NCBI GenBank assembly: GCA_037968655.1
Contig: JBBKVW010000290.1
Span: 1,220 to 65,219, forward strand
Length of the DNA stretch: 64,000 nt
Reading direction: 5' to 3'
Source of the DNA: Burkholderiaceae bacterium
Lineage (GTDB): Bacteria > Pseudomonadota > Gammaproteobacteria > Burkholderiales > Burkholderiaceae_C
The position numbers and the translations under genes were made by a program. The notes under the pieces were generated by a model. The model saw nothing but the letters and a program-made list of their open reading frames with translations. It had not been told where the DNA came from and ran no database searches. Below, piece after piece: positions 29,881-38,652 of the stretch; the first letter of the stretch is position 1, and every line of letters begins with the position of its first letter.

Positions 29881-30711
29881 ATGCGATCTGAACCATCCCG
29901 ACAGCGCGACGTCGATCCTGCGCTCGACGTGGCCATCACGGCGGCCAACAGGGCAGGTGCCATCATCCGCGCTGCGGCACTGGAGCCGGGCAATTTGCAG
30001 ATCCGGCAAAAGCGCCCCAATGACTTCGTGACCCATGTCGACCTGGCGTCTGAAGAGGCCATCGTTCAGACGCTACTGTCGGCCTACCCCGACCATAGTG
30101 TGCGCAGCGAGGAGTCGGCCCAGGCGCACGGCAATCATGCATCTGACCATGTCTGGATCATCGATCCGCTGGACGGCACCACCAACTTCATCCACGGCTA
30201 CCCGAATTATTCGGTCAGCATTGCGCTGGCCGTGCGCGGGCGCATCGCGCATGGCGTGGTGCTGGATGTGTGCAGTGGCGATCTGTTTCGTGCCAGCCGG
30301 GGGCAGGGCGCGTTTTGCAACTCCCAGCGCCTGCAGGTCAGCAGCTGTGCAAGCCTGGGTGCGGCCCTGCTGGCCAGTAGTTGCCCGGCGCGCGCCGCCC
30401 GTGACGGCGCGCGTGCGGTGGCAATGATTGTTGAAGTGATGGGCCAGATCGCCGCGTTGCGCCGTAGCGGCTCGGCCGCGCTGGACCTTGCCCGGGTTGC
30501 GGCCGGGCAGTGCGACGGTTCGTTCGACCAGGGACTCAACGCCTGGGATGTGGCAGCCGGGAGTTTGCTGGTCAGCGAAGCCGGGGGCCGGGTCGGCAAT
30601 TTCCTGGGCGCGCCGGACTATCTGGAGACCAGGGAAATCATGGCCGGCGGCAATGCGGTGTTCGATGCCATGGGTGCGGTGTTGCGCCGCTATTCGTACT
30701 GCCCGGCTTGA
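29881..30711 (+). CDS. Inositol monophosphatase family protein (SuhB-like paralog)
   Basis: DFVTHVD, SEE, WIIDPLDGTTNFIHG, RRSGSAALDL, WDVAAG. Confidence 0.9.
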   Translation: MRSEPSRQRDVDPALDVAITAANRAGAIIRAAALEPGNLQIRQKRPNDFVTHVDLASEEAIVQTLLSAYPDHSVRSEESAQAHGNHASDHVWIIDPLDGTTNFIHGYPNYSVSIALAVRGRIAHGVVLDVCSGDLFRASRGQGAFCNSQRLQVSSCASLGAALLASSCPARAARDGARAVAMIVEVMGQIAALRRSGSAALDLARVAAGQCDGSFDQGLNAWDVAAGSLLVSEAGGRVGNFLGAPDYLETREIMAGGNAVFDAMGAVLRRYSYCPA

Positions 30712-30753
30712 GCCGCAAGCGCGTTTCCGATGTGGCGTGCGAGCGTCCGAAGC

Positions 30754-30770
30754 TGTCTCAATTTGAGAAT
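30754..30770. promoter_or_regulatory. Candidate AcoR-type upstream activator site for the aor operon
   Basis: TGTCTCA-att-TGAGAAT, an imperfect inverted repeat about 130 nt upstream of aorA. Confidence 0.45.
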
Positions 30771-30790
30771 TTCTGGCCCGCAGCCTGAAA

Positions 30791-30808
30791 CCTAGGGTTC
30801 TCCCTAGG
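30791..30808. promoter_or_regulatory. Palindromic site CCTAGGG-ttct-CCCTAGG upstream of aorA
   Basis: Perfect 7-4-7 inverted repeat. Related copies occur at 189, 19750, 19801 and 23738. Confidence 0.55.
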
Positions 30809-30898
30809 GTCGTTCGCCAACCCAGCTTCAACAATGCCTAGGTTCCCCCGTTCATAGGCACGGCGCTGCATAGTCGCCATTACCCACAGGAGAGACAC

Positions 30899-31375
30899 AT
30901 GCAAAAGGTGTTGCACATCAATCCAGACAAATGCACTGGCTGTCTGCAGTGCGAAATGGCCTGTTCCTTCGAGAACTACGGCACCTTCGCCACCGCCAAG
31001 TCGCGCATCAAGGTGTTCGACTTCCACCATACCGGCAAGAAGGTTCCCTACACCTGCACCCAGTGCGATGAAGCCTGGTGCCTGCATGCCTGCCCGGTCG
31101 AGGCGATCACGATGAACAAGAGCACCGGCGCAATGGAGGTCAACGAGTCGACCTGCGTCGGCTGCAAGGTCTGCACCATCGCCTGCCCGTTTGGCACCAT
31201 CAACTATGTCGAAGAAACCGGCAAGGTACAGAAGTGCGACCTGTGCGGCGGCGAGCCGGCCTGTGCCGATGCCTGCCCGACCGGCGCCATCACCTTCATC
31301 GACGCCAACTGGACCGGCCTGGGCAAGATGGCCGCATGGGCCGACAAGTTGGGCAATCAGCCCAGCGCAGCATAA
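30899..31375 (+). CDS. aorA: Aldehyde oxidoreductase 4x[4Fe-4S] subunit
   Basis: CTGCLQCEMAC, CTQCDEAWCLHACP, CVGCKVCTIACP, KCDLC..PACADACP. CAGGAG RBS. Confidence 0.88.
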   Translation: MQKVLHINPDKCTGCLQCEMACSFENYGTFATAKSRIKVFDFHHTGKKVPYTCTQCDEAWCLHACPVEAITMNKSTGAMEVNESTCVGCKVCTIACPFGTINYVEETGKVQKCDLCGGEPACADACPTGAITFIDANWTGLGKMAAWADKLGNQPSAA

Positions 31376-31385
31376 GGAGATCGCC

Positions 31386-33233
31386 ATGTCCTGGACCGGA
31401 AAAATGCTTCGTGTCGACCTGACCAAGGGAACGGTCAAGGTCGAAGCCACCAACATGGAATGGGCGCAGGCCTACATCGGCTCGCGCGGCCTGGGTACCA
31501 AGTACCTGGTGGAAGAGGTCGACGCCACGGTCGACCCACTGTCGGCCGACAACAAGATCATCTGGGCCACCGGCCCGCTGACCGGCACCATGGCCAGCAC
31601 CGGCGGGCGCTATACCGTCATCACCAAGAGCCCGCTCACCGGCGCGGTGGCCTGCTCCAATTCGGGCGGTTACTGGGGCGCCGAGTTCAAGATGGCCGGT
31701 TACGACCTGCTGATCTTCGAGGGCAAGTCGGCCAAGCCGGTCTACCTCTACATCAACGACGACGTGGTCGAGATCCGCGATGCCGCCCATTTGTGGGGCA
31801 AGAGCGTCTGGCAGACCGAGGAGATGCTCAAGAAGGCCTTGCAGGACCCGCTGACGCGTGTGTCCAGCATCGGCAAGGCGGGCGAGAACGGTGTGCTGTA
31901 CGCCAGTGTCGTGAATGACCGGCACCGCGCTGCCGGCCGCTCGGGCGTCGGCACCGTCATGGGCAGCAAGAACCTCAAGGCAATTGCGGTGCGCGGCACC
32001 AAGGGCGTGGGCAATATCAAGAATCCCAAGGCCTTCATGAAAGCAGTGGCCGAGAAGAAAAAGATCCTGGCCGAAAATGCCGTCACCGGCCAGGGCCTGC
32101 CGACCTACGGCACCCAGGTGCTGATGAACGTCATCAACGAGATCGGCGCCCTGCCAACCCGCAACCACAAGGACTCGCAGTTCGAGGGCGCCAAGGACAT
32201 CTCGGCCGAGGCCATGGCCACGCCGCGCAAGACCGACGGCAAGAAGCACCTGGTGACCAACCAGGCCTGCTTCGGCTGCACGATTGCCTGCGGACGCATC
32301 AGCAAGATGGACGAGAGCCATTTCACCGTGGCCAACAAGCCGCAGTACTGGGGCGCGTCCGGCGGCCTGGAATACGAAGCGGCATGGGCGCTGGGCGCTG
32401 CCAACGGCGTCAACGACCTGGAGGCGCTGCAGTACGCCAACCTGCTGTGCAACGAGGAGGGCATTGACCCGATCAGTTTCGGCGCCACCATCGGCGCGGT
32501 GATGGAACTGTATGAAATGGGCGTGCTGACCAAGGAGCAACTCGGCATCGAGGCGCCATTCGGCTCGGCCCAGGCGCTGGCATTCCTGACTGAACAGACC
32601 ATCAATGGCGTGGGTTTCGGCAAGGAAATCGGCCAGGGCTCCAAACGCCTGACGGCCAAGTTCGGCCACCCCGACCTGTCCATGAGCGTCAAGGGCCAGG
32701 AGTTCCCGGCCTACGACGGACGCGGCATCCAGGGCATGGGCCTGGCCTATGCCACCAGCAATCGGGGCGCCTGCCACCTGCGTGGCTACACCGTGGCGTC
32801 CGAGGTGCTGGGCATTCCGGTCAAGACCGATCCGCTGGAGCATGCAGGCAAGCCGGAGCTGGTCAAGGCCTTCCAGGATGCCACGGCGGCATTCGACTCG
32901 TCCGGCCTGTGCATCTTCACCACCTTTGCCTGGGGCCTGGCGGACCTGGCGCCCCAGATGGCGGCGGCCTGTGGCGAGCAGTACACGACCGAAGAGCTGG
33001 AGAAGATCGGTGAGCGTATCTGGAACATGGAGCGCGAATTCAACAACCGTGCCGGCTTCACCGAGAAGGACGACAACCTGCCCAAGCGCCTGCTGACCGA
33101 GGCCGTAAAGACCGGCCCCGCCAAGGGCAAGGTCAGCATGCTGCCCGACATGCTGCCCAAGTACTACGAAGCGCGTGGCTGGGACCAGCAAGGCCGTCCG
33201 ACCGCTGCAACCAAGGCTCGGCTGGGGCTGTAA
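31386..33233 (+). CDS. aorB: Tungsten-containing aldehyde oxidoreductase catalytic subunit (AOR family)
   Basis: TKSPLTG..ACSNSGG, AAGRSGVGTVMGSKNLKAI, CFGCTIACGR, LEYE, ATSNRGACH, YYEARGWD. AAGGAG RBS. Confidence 0.93.
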   Translation: MSWTGKMLRVDLTKGTVKVEATNMEWAQAYIGSRGLGTKYLVEEVDATVDPLSADNKIIWATGPLTGTMASTGGRYTVITKSPLTGAVACSNSGGYWGAEFKMAGYDLLIFEGKSAKPVYLYINDDVVEIRDAAHLWGKSVWQTEEMLKKALQDPLTRVSSIGKAGENGVLYASVVNDRHRAAGRSGVGTVMGSKNLKAIAVRGTKGVGNIKNPKAFMKAVAEKKKILAENAVTGQGLPTYGTQVLMNVINEIGALPTRNHKDSQFEGAKDISAEAMATPRKTDGKKHLVTNQACFGCTIACGRISKMDESHFTVANKPQYWGASGGLEYEAAWALGAANGVNDLEALQYANLLCNEEGIDPISFGATIGAVMELYEMGVLTKEQLGIEAPFGSAQALAFLTEQTINGVGFGKEIGQGSKRLTAKFGHPDLSMSVKGQEFPAYDGRGIQGMGLAYATSNRGACHLRGYTVASEVLGIPVKTDPLEHAGKPELVKAFQDATAAFDSSGLCIFTTFAWGLADLAPQMAAACGEQYTTEELEKIGERIWNMEREFNNRAGFTEKDDNLPKRLLTEAVKTGPAKGKVSMLPDMLPKYYEARGWDQQGRPTAATKARLGL

Positions 33234-33252
33234 CACAGCGAGATCCATCGAC

Positions 33253-33285
33253 AGGCGGCTCGTGCGGGCCGCCTTCGTCTTTATT
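33253..33285 (+). terminator. Intercistronic hairpin between aorB and aorC (partial terminator or mRNA stabiliser)
   Basis: AGGCGGCTC-gtgc-GGGCCGCCT is a 9-bp stem with one G-U pair, followed by TCGTCTTTATT. Confidence 0.45.
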
Positions 33286-33297
33286 GGAGACAAGAAC

Positions 33298-34581
33298 ATG
33301 CACCATGTCATTCTCGGCGCCGGCCCGGCCGGCGTCATTGCCGCTGAAACCATTCGTAAACATGCGCCCAAGGACAGCATCACGCTGGTGGGCGACGAGA
33401 AGGAGCCGCCGTATTCGCGCATGGCAATTCCCTATCTGCTGATGGGAAATGTGGGCGAGACCGGCACCTATCTACGCAAAAGCCTGACGCACTATGACGA
33501 TCTCAAGGTCAAGATCGTGCATGCGCAAGCCAACGCGGTGGACGCCGAGGCGAAAACTGTGACGCTGGACAACGGCGACACGCTCAAGTTCGACCGCCTG
33601 CTGATCGCGACCGGATCGCGCCCCGCCAGCCCGCCGATTCCGGGCATGGATCTGCCGGGCATCCACCCGTGCTGGACCATGGACGACGCGCGTGCCATCA
33701 TGAAACTGGCGACCAAGGGGGCACGGGTACTGCAGATGGGGGCAGGCTTCATCGGCTGCATCATCATGGAGGCGCTGTCCGCACGCGGCGTGACACTCAG
33801 CGTGGTCGAGATGGGAGACCGCATGGTGCCGCGCATGATGGGGCCCACGGCGGGCGGCATGATAAAGGACTGGTGTGAGACCAAGGGCGTTCAGGTTTTC
33901 ACCAAGACCAAGGTCGAGGGCATAGAAAAAGGCGCGGACGGCGCGGCCCTCAAAGTCAAGCTGTCCAACGGCAAGACCATGGACGTCGACCTGGTCATCA
34001 GCGCCACCGGCGTCAAGCCGGCGATCGGCTTTCTGGAGAAATCGGGCGTCAAATGCCTGCAGGGTGTACTGACCGACGAACACCTGCAGACCAGCGTGCC
34101 GGGCATCTATGCAGCCGGCGATTGCGCCGAGGCCTTCGACAAGGTCAGCCAGACCACCATGATCAGCGCCATCCAGCCCAACGCCGCCGAACAGGCGCGG
34201 GTGGCGGCGCTCAACATGGTCGGACAATCGGCAGCGCTCAAGGGAGTGACCCAGATCAACGTACTCGACACCCTGGGCCTGATCTCGACCAGCTTCGGGG
34301 CCTGGGAAGGCGTGTCGGGCGGCGAGCATGTGGAACTGACGGATGCGGGCGCAGGGCGTCACCTGAGCCTGCAATTCAAGGACGATGTGCTGGTGGGGTG
34401 CAACAGCGTCGGCTGGACCGACCATGTCGGCGTGATGCGCGGCCTGGTCGAAGGCCAGATCCACCTGGGCGAGTGGAAGGACAGGCTCAAGCACGACCCG
34501 ACCAGGCTGATGGACGCCTACCTGGCCAGCGCGCAGGCGCAAAGCGGCTGGAGCGGCGCGCAGGATGCACGGCGCAGGTAA
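33298..34581 (+). CDS. aorC: FAD/NAD-dependent oxidoreductase subunit of AOR
   Basis: GAGPAG, LLIATGS, GAGFIG, TSVPGIYAAGD. TGGAG RBS. Confidence 0.85.
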   Translation: MHHVILGAGPAGVIAAETIRKHAPKDSITLVGDEKEPPYSRMAIPYLLMGNVGETGTYLRKSLTHYDDLKVKIVHAQANAVDAEAKTVTLDNGDTLKFDRLLIATGSRPASPPIPGMDLPGIHPCWTMDDARAIMKLATKGARVLQMGAGFIGCIIMEALSARGVTLSVVEMGDRMVPRMMGPTAGGMIKDWCETKGVQVFTKTKVEGIEKGADGAALKVKLSNGKTMDVDLVISATGVKPAIGFLEKSGVKCLQGVLTDEHLQTSVPGIYAAGDCAEAFDKVSQTTMISAIQPNAAEQARVAALNMVGQSAALKGVTQINVLDTLGLISTSFGAWEGVSGGEHVELTDAGAGRHLSLQFKDDVLVGCNSVGWTDHVGVMRGLVEGQIHLGEWKDRLKHDPTRLMDAYLASAQAQSGWSGAQDARRR

Positions 34582-34590
34582 AGTCGGGCG

Positions 34591-34845
34591 ATGAAGATCA
34601 CGCTCAAGCTGTTTGCCTCGCTGACCGACTACCTGCCACCGGCTGTCAAGTACACCAATATGCTGGCGATGGACGTGGCGCCCGATGCCAGCATCAGCCA
34701 GATCATTGCGCCCATGGCCTTGCCCGAGAAGATGGTGCATCTGGTGCTGGTCAACGGCAAGTATGTGGAGCCACAGGACCGCCTGACACGTACCCTGGTC
34801 GAAGGCGATGTGCTGGCGATCTGGCCACCGATTGCCGGTGGCTGA
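34591..34845 (+). CDS. aorD: MoaD/ThiS-like sulfur carrier protein
   Basis: MKITLKLFASL...VLVNG...EGDVLAIWPPIAGG, ending in Gly-Gly. Confidence 0.85.
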   Translation: MKITLKLFASLTDYLPPAVKYTNMLAMDVAPDASISQIIAPMALPEKMVHLVLVNGKYVEPQDRLTRTLVEGDVLAIWPPIAGG

Positions 34846-34919
34846 GCGTTGCCGGCTACTGCCGCGCACTTAACGAGTCCGATCTCTGTCCAATCTTTGG
34901 CGCCAACGACCCGCACCGC

Positions 34920-35219
34920 ATGCAATCTTCCTATGCCGACAGTTTCGATCGCGAAATGGGCTGCACTGAAAAGGAGTGGCTGGGCTGGTTGCCGCAAGCC
35001 ATCGGTGAACATCCGTATCAGATCGACGCGCAGGCGCTGAGTGCGCGCATCGAGACCGGCCAATTGGCCCTGGCCTGGCAGGTCGGTGCGCCGCGCGCGA
35101 TTGCGCTGGCCCGCATTCCGCGGCTGCTGGTCAGCTTTCGCTTCACTGGCCTGGATGATCAACAGCGCTACCGCTTCATGAAGCGCTTTGACCTGTATAT
35201 GCAGCGCGGCGGTGGGTGA
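34920..35219 (+). CDS. Small conserved protein of aor operons (AorE-like)
   Basis: REMGCTE.EWL.WLP.A...RIPRL.V.F.F......RFM.RFDLYMQRGGG. Follows the MoaD-like gene. Confidence 0.7.
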   Translation: MQSSYADSFDREMGCTEKEWLGWLPQAIGEHPYQIDAQALSARIETGQLALAWQVGAPRAIALARIPRLLVSFRFTGLDDQQRYRFMKRFDLYMQRGGG

Positions 35220-35282
35220 CTGGTCGACGAAACTGTTCGACTGTCTTTTTTGGCGCCGCCAATTGTCTGAAACATATCCGCC

Positions 35283-35744
35283 ATGCCTTCTGCATTTACC
35301 GTCCGACCTATCCGGGAAGCTGACTTCGCACAGTGGCTGCCGCTATGGGACGGCTACAACGCCTTCTATGGCCGCAGCGGTCTCACTGCCTTGCCACTCG
35401 AAATAACCGAGCGCACCTGGAAGCGCTTTTTCGACCCGGCCGAACCGGTGCATGCGCTGGTGGCCGAAGAGGCGGGACAACTGTTGGGTCTGACCCATTT
35501 TCTGTACCACCGCAGCACAACGCGCGCGGCCGATGTCTGCTATTTGCAGGACTTGTTCACTGTCCCTGCTGCACGCGGTCGCGGGGTCGGCGGCCAATTG
35601 ATCGAGGCGGTGTACCGGGCGGCACATGCGGCCGGCAGCACCCGGGTGTACTGGCAGACCCATATCGACAACCACACCGGTCGCAGCCTGTACGACAAAC
35701 TGGCCAAGCACCACGGATTCATCGTCTATGCACACGATGCCTGA
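35283..35744 (+). CDS. GNAT family N-acetyltransferase
   Basis: CYLQDLFTVPAARGRGVG and RVYWQT..N..R.LYDK. Confidence 0.9.
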   Translation: MPSAFTVRPIREADFAQWLPLWDGYNAFYGRSGLTALPLEITERTWKRFFDPAEPVHALVAEEAGQLLGLTHFLYHRSTTRAADVCYLQDLFTVPAARGRGVGGQLIEAVYRAAHAAGSTRVYWQTHIDNHTGRSLYDKLAKHHGFIVYAHDA

Positions 35745-35762
35745 ACCTGCTGAGAAAAATCC

Positions 35763-36167
35763 ATGAGCAGCACACGCGAAGAACTGACACGATTTCTGAA
35801 AGCGGAGTTCCCGCAGAACAAGTGCACGGTCGAGCAGGTCGGCGGGCGCGGTGCGACGGTGCGGCATGCAGTTGGCGAGCAGGAACTGCGACCGGGTGGA
35901 ACCGTGTCGGGCCCGGTCATGATGTCGCTGGCCGATGTGGCGCTGTATGTCGCGATCCTGGGCGAAATCGGCATCGTGCCGCTGGCCGTGACGACCAGTT
36001 TGACCTTCAACTTCATGCGCAAGCCCGCGGCTGACCGCGACCTGCTGGGCGTGTGCCGATTGCTCAAGCTGGGCAAGACGCTGGCAGTGGGCGAAGTCAC
36101 CATTTATTCCGAGGGGGTCGACGAACCGGTGGCCCACGCGGTTGGCACCTACGCCATTCCGCGCTAG
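35763..36167 (+). CDS. PaaI family (hotdog-fold) thioesterase
   Basis: LRPGGTVSGPVMMSLADV and VTTSLTFNFMRKP. Confidence 0.88.
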   Translation: MSSTREELTRFLKAEFPQNKCTVEQVGGRGATVRHAVGEQELRPGGTVSGPVMMSLADVALYVAILGEIGIVPLAVTTSLTFNFMRKPAADRDLLGVCRLLKLGKTLAVGEVTIYSEGVDEPVAHAVGTYAIPR

Positions 36168-36233
36168 CATGGGCGCTGCAAGTCGGTATAGATTGCAGTA
36201 GCGTAGTCGTCCATTCAACTGCAATTCACAACC

Positions 36234-36590
36234 ATGACACTTGCCGCCAACCTCGTCGTCGGCCTGATCGCCGTTTTGCATGTGTACATCCTGGTGCTGG
36301 AGATGTTTCTGTGGACCACTCCACGTGGCCGCAAGGTATTCGGACTGACGCAGGAGTTTGCCGAGGCGACGAAAAGGCTTGCTGCCAATCAGGGCCTGTA
36401 CAACGGTTTTCTGGCTGCAGGGCTGGTATGGGGTCTGTCCCTGGGCGCTGCTGGCGCGTCGATCAAGATTTTCTTTTTGCTGTGCGTCCTGATTGCCGGC
36501 ATCTATGGTGCTGCCACGGTGAACCGGCGCATCCTGTTCGTCCAGGCTGTGCCGGCAGTCATTGGCCTGCTGATGATGTCACTGGCCTGA
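36234..36590 (+). CDS. DUF1304 family membrane protein
   Basis: LHVYILVLEMFLW, LAANQGLYNGFLAAGL, AGIYGA. Confidence 0.85.
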   Translation: MTLAANLVVGLIAVLHVYILVLEMFLWTTPRGRKVFGLTQEFAEATKRLAANQGLYNGFLAAGLVWGLSLGAAGASIKIFFLLCVLIAGIYGAATVNRRILFVQAVPAVIGLLMMSLA

Positions 36591-36604
36591 GCAGCGTCAA
36601 CGGC

Positions 36605-37114
36605 ATGGCGGCACAGTTCCTGTATTTCGCCTACGGCTCCAATTTGTTGTCGCAACGCCTGCGCGCGCGCACGCCGTCTGCGGTCGCGCTCGGATGCGCT
36701 GTGTTGCGCGGGCATGAGTTGCGCTGGCACATGGCCTCGCGTGACGGATCTGGCAAATGCGATGTTGTTTCCGGTCCTGGCACAGGCCAAACGGTGCATG
36801 GCGTGGTGTACCGCATCGCGAGCGACGAGAAGAAGGCACTGGATACGGCGGAATCGCTGGGAGTCGGCTATCGCCAGCAGATCGTGGAGGTGGAATTGGG
36901 CGCCGAAACCGCGCATGCCTTGGTCTATCAGGCGCTGCGGGTCGATGCCAGCATATTGCCCTATGACTGGTACAAGACGCTGGTCGTTAGTGGTGCGCTC
37001 GAACATGGATTGCCGGCGCTTTATCGGCAGCAACTGAAGGCGGCGCCATGCAAGCCCGATCCGGACGCGGAGCGATCAATGCGGCACTACGACTTGGCTC
37101 TGCGAAGCCCTTGA
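36605..37114 (+). CDS. Gamma-glutamylcyclotransferase family protein
   Basis: YFAYGSNL, DGSGKC, VHGVVY, LD.AE..G.GY, PYDWY...V..GA.EHGLP. Confidence 0.85.
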   Translation: MAAQFLYFAYGSNLLSQRLRARTPSAVALGCAVLRGHELRWHMASRDGSGKCDVVSGPGTGQTVHGVVYRIASDEKKALDTAESLGVGYRQQIVEVELGAETAHALVYQALRVDASILPYDWYKTLVVSGALEHGLPALYRQQLKAAPCKPDPDAERSMRHYDLALRSP

Positions 37115-37117
37115 CGC

Positions 37118-37639
37118 ATGTTGCAAGTCAAGCCTTGTCCACTACCCCCCGACGCCTTGCTGCGCATCTGTAAGCAGCAAGGCGCCTATGTCGATTGCTT
37201 TGCGGTCGATATCGCCATGGCGGTGTCACAGGTCCAGTTTGTCGAGGCCTTCTACACCTCGGCGGTGTTCCGCGTCGAGCGCTGGATCTTGCGTTGGGCC
37301 CTGTCCCGGCCGTCGACCGATCTGCAGGCACGGCAACTGGCCGAGGCGTCGATCGATGCCTTTGCCGCCTGGACCGTGCAGCCGCGCAGTGCCGACCAAC
37401 TGCTGCTTGCTGACATTGCCGGCAGCACCCGATCCTGGTTGATGGTCGAACCCGGCCGCAGCGGCGCGGAAGGCGCTACGCGCTTGTACTTCGGTTCTGC
37501 CGTGATGCCCAAGTCGGGTTCCAGCGCCGCACGCCCCGAGATGGCATTCCTGTTTCGTGCGCTACTGGGGTTTCATAAACTCTATTCGCGTGTCTTGCTT
37601 GGTGCGGCGCGGTCGCGATTGATGCGAGGGCGCGCATGA
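37118..37639 (+). CDS. Conserved hypothetical protein
   Basis: Starts 3 nt after the previous stop. Blocks Y.DCF, FVEAFYTS..F..ER and LYFGSAV...FHKLYSR.LL look conserved. Confidence 0.7.
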   Translation: MLQVKPCPLPPDALLRICKQQGAYVDCFAVDIAMAVSQVQFVEAFYTSAVFRVERWILRWALSRPSTDLQARQLAEASIDAFAAWTVQPRSADQLLLADIAGSTRSWLMVEPGRSGAEGATRLYFGSAVMPKSGSSAARPEMAFLFRALLGFHKLYSRVLLGAARSRLMRGRA

Positions 37640-37776
37640 TGGCCGGCACCGCAACCGTGTGCGCAGGTTCGGCAAGTTGCATTTGCCGCGGCGCCAGCCA
37701 GGGGGCGTCGACTGCCCGCGCCAGGTGTTGTTGCAGTTGCCTTGCCGATTGATCATTCATTTCCAGGAGATTTCCC

Positions 37777-38499
37777 ATGGGTGTTGAACCACTTCCACTG
37801 TCCAACGATCTGATTCGGATCCTGTCCGGCGTGACGACCGCGACATTGACCACCGTGTTGCTCAAGAAGGGTCTGCGCAATGTCTGGATACGCGGCGCCA
37901 GGCCGCTCAAGCCCGGCTTGCCGCGCCTGGTCGGTCGCGCCTTCACGCTGCGCTTCGTGCCGGCCCGCGAAGACCTGGCGACACCCGCGTCCTGGGGTGC
38001 GCCGATCTCGACCCGTGCCGCGATCGAGGCCATGCCCGATGGCGCCATTGCCGTCGTCGATGCGATGGGCGTGCAGGACGCGGGCATCTTTGGCGACATC
38101 CTGTGCGCGCGCATGCACAAGCGCGGCGTGGCCGCCCTGATCACCGATGGCGTGATCCGCGACATCGACGGCGTACTGGCAACCGGCCTGCCAGTCTGGT
38201 GCCAGGGCACGGCCGCGCCGGCATCGGTCGCGGGGCTGACCTTCGTCGCCTGGCAGGAGCCTGTGGCTTGCGGCGGCGTAGCGGTGTTCCCGAATGATGT
38301 GATCGTGGTCGACGCCGACGGCGCAGTGCTGATTCCCCAAGCCATGGTGGACGATGTGCTGGCGGCGGCGGTCGAGCAGGAGTTGCTGGAGGGCTGGATC
38401 ATGACCCAGGTGCTGGCCGGCGTGCCCTTGCCCGGCTTGTACCCTCCCAATGACGAAAACAAGGCACGCTTCGCGGCGTGGGCGCGCAATGGGGCATAA
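37777..38499 (+). CDS. RraA / HMG-CHA aldolase family protein
   Basis: LVGRAFTLRFVPAREDL, GIFGDIL, TDGVIRD, CGGVAVFPNDVIVVDADGAVLIP. CAGGAG RBS. Confidence 0.88.
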   Translation: MGVEPLPLSNDLIRILSGVTTATLTTVLLKKGLRNVWIRGARPLKPGLPRLVGRAFTLRFVPAREDLATPASWGAPISTRAAIEAMPDGAIAVVDAMGVQDAGIFGDILCARMHKRGVAALITDGVIRDIDGVLATGLPVWCQGTAAPASVAGLTFVAWQEPVACGGVAVFPNDVIVVDADGAVLIPQAMVDDVLAAAVEQELLEGWIMTQVLAGVPLPGLYPPNDENKARFAAWARNGA

Positions 38500-38652
38500 G
38501 CGGGCGCGTGATGGCTTGTCAGCGCGACGATTTCTGCGGGTCGCGCTGTCACTGGACCACAGGCGCTGACCAATTCGTTACGCTTATTGCACCGGTGAGC
38601 GCGCTCTGGGGCACTTGTGTGCCTACCATCGTTTTTTTTGAAGGAAGAACCA

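Noticed and set aside
30856-30870. Functional sigma54 promoter for aorA
   Set aside because: Spacing is GG-N9-GC, not the required N10. I kept it only as a possible relic in the findings.
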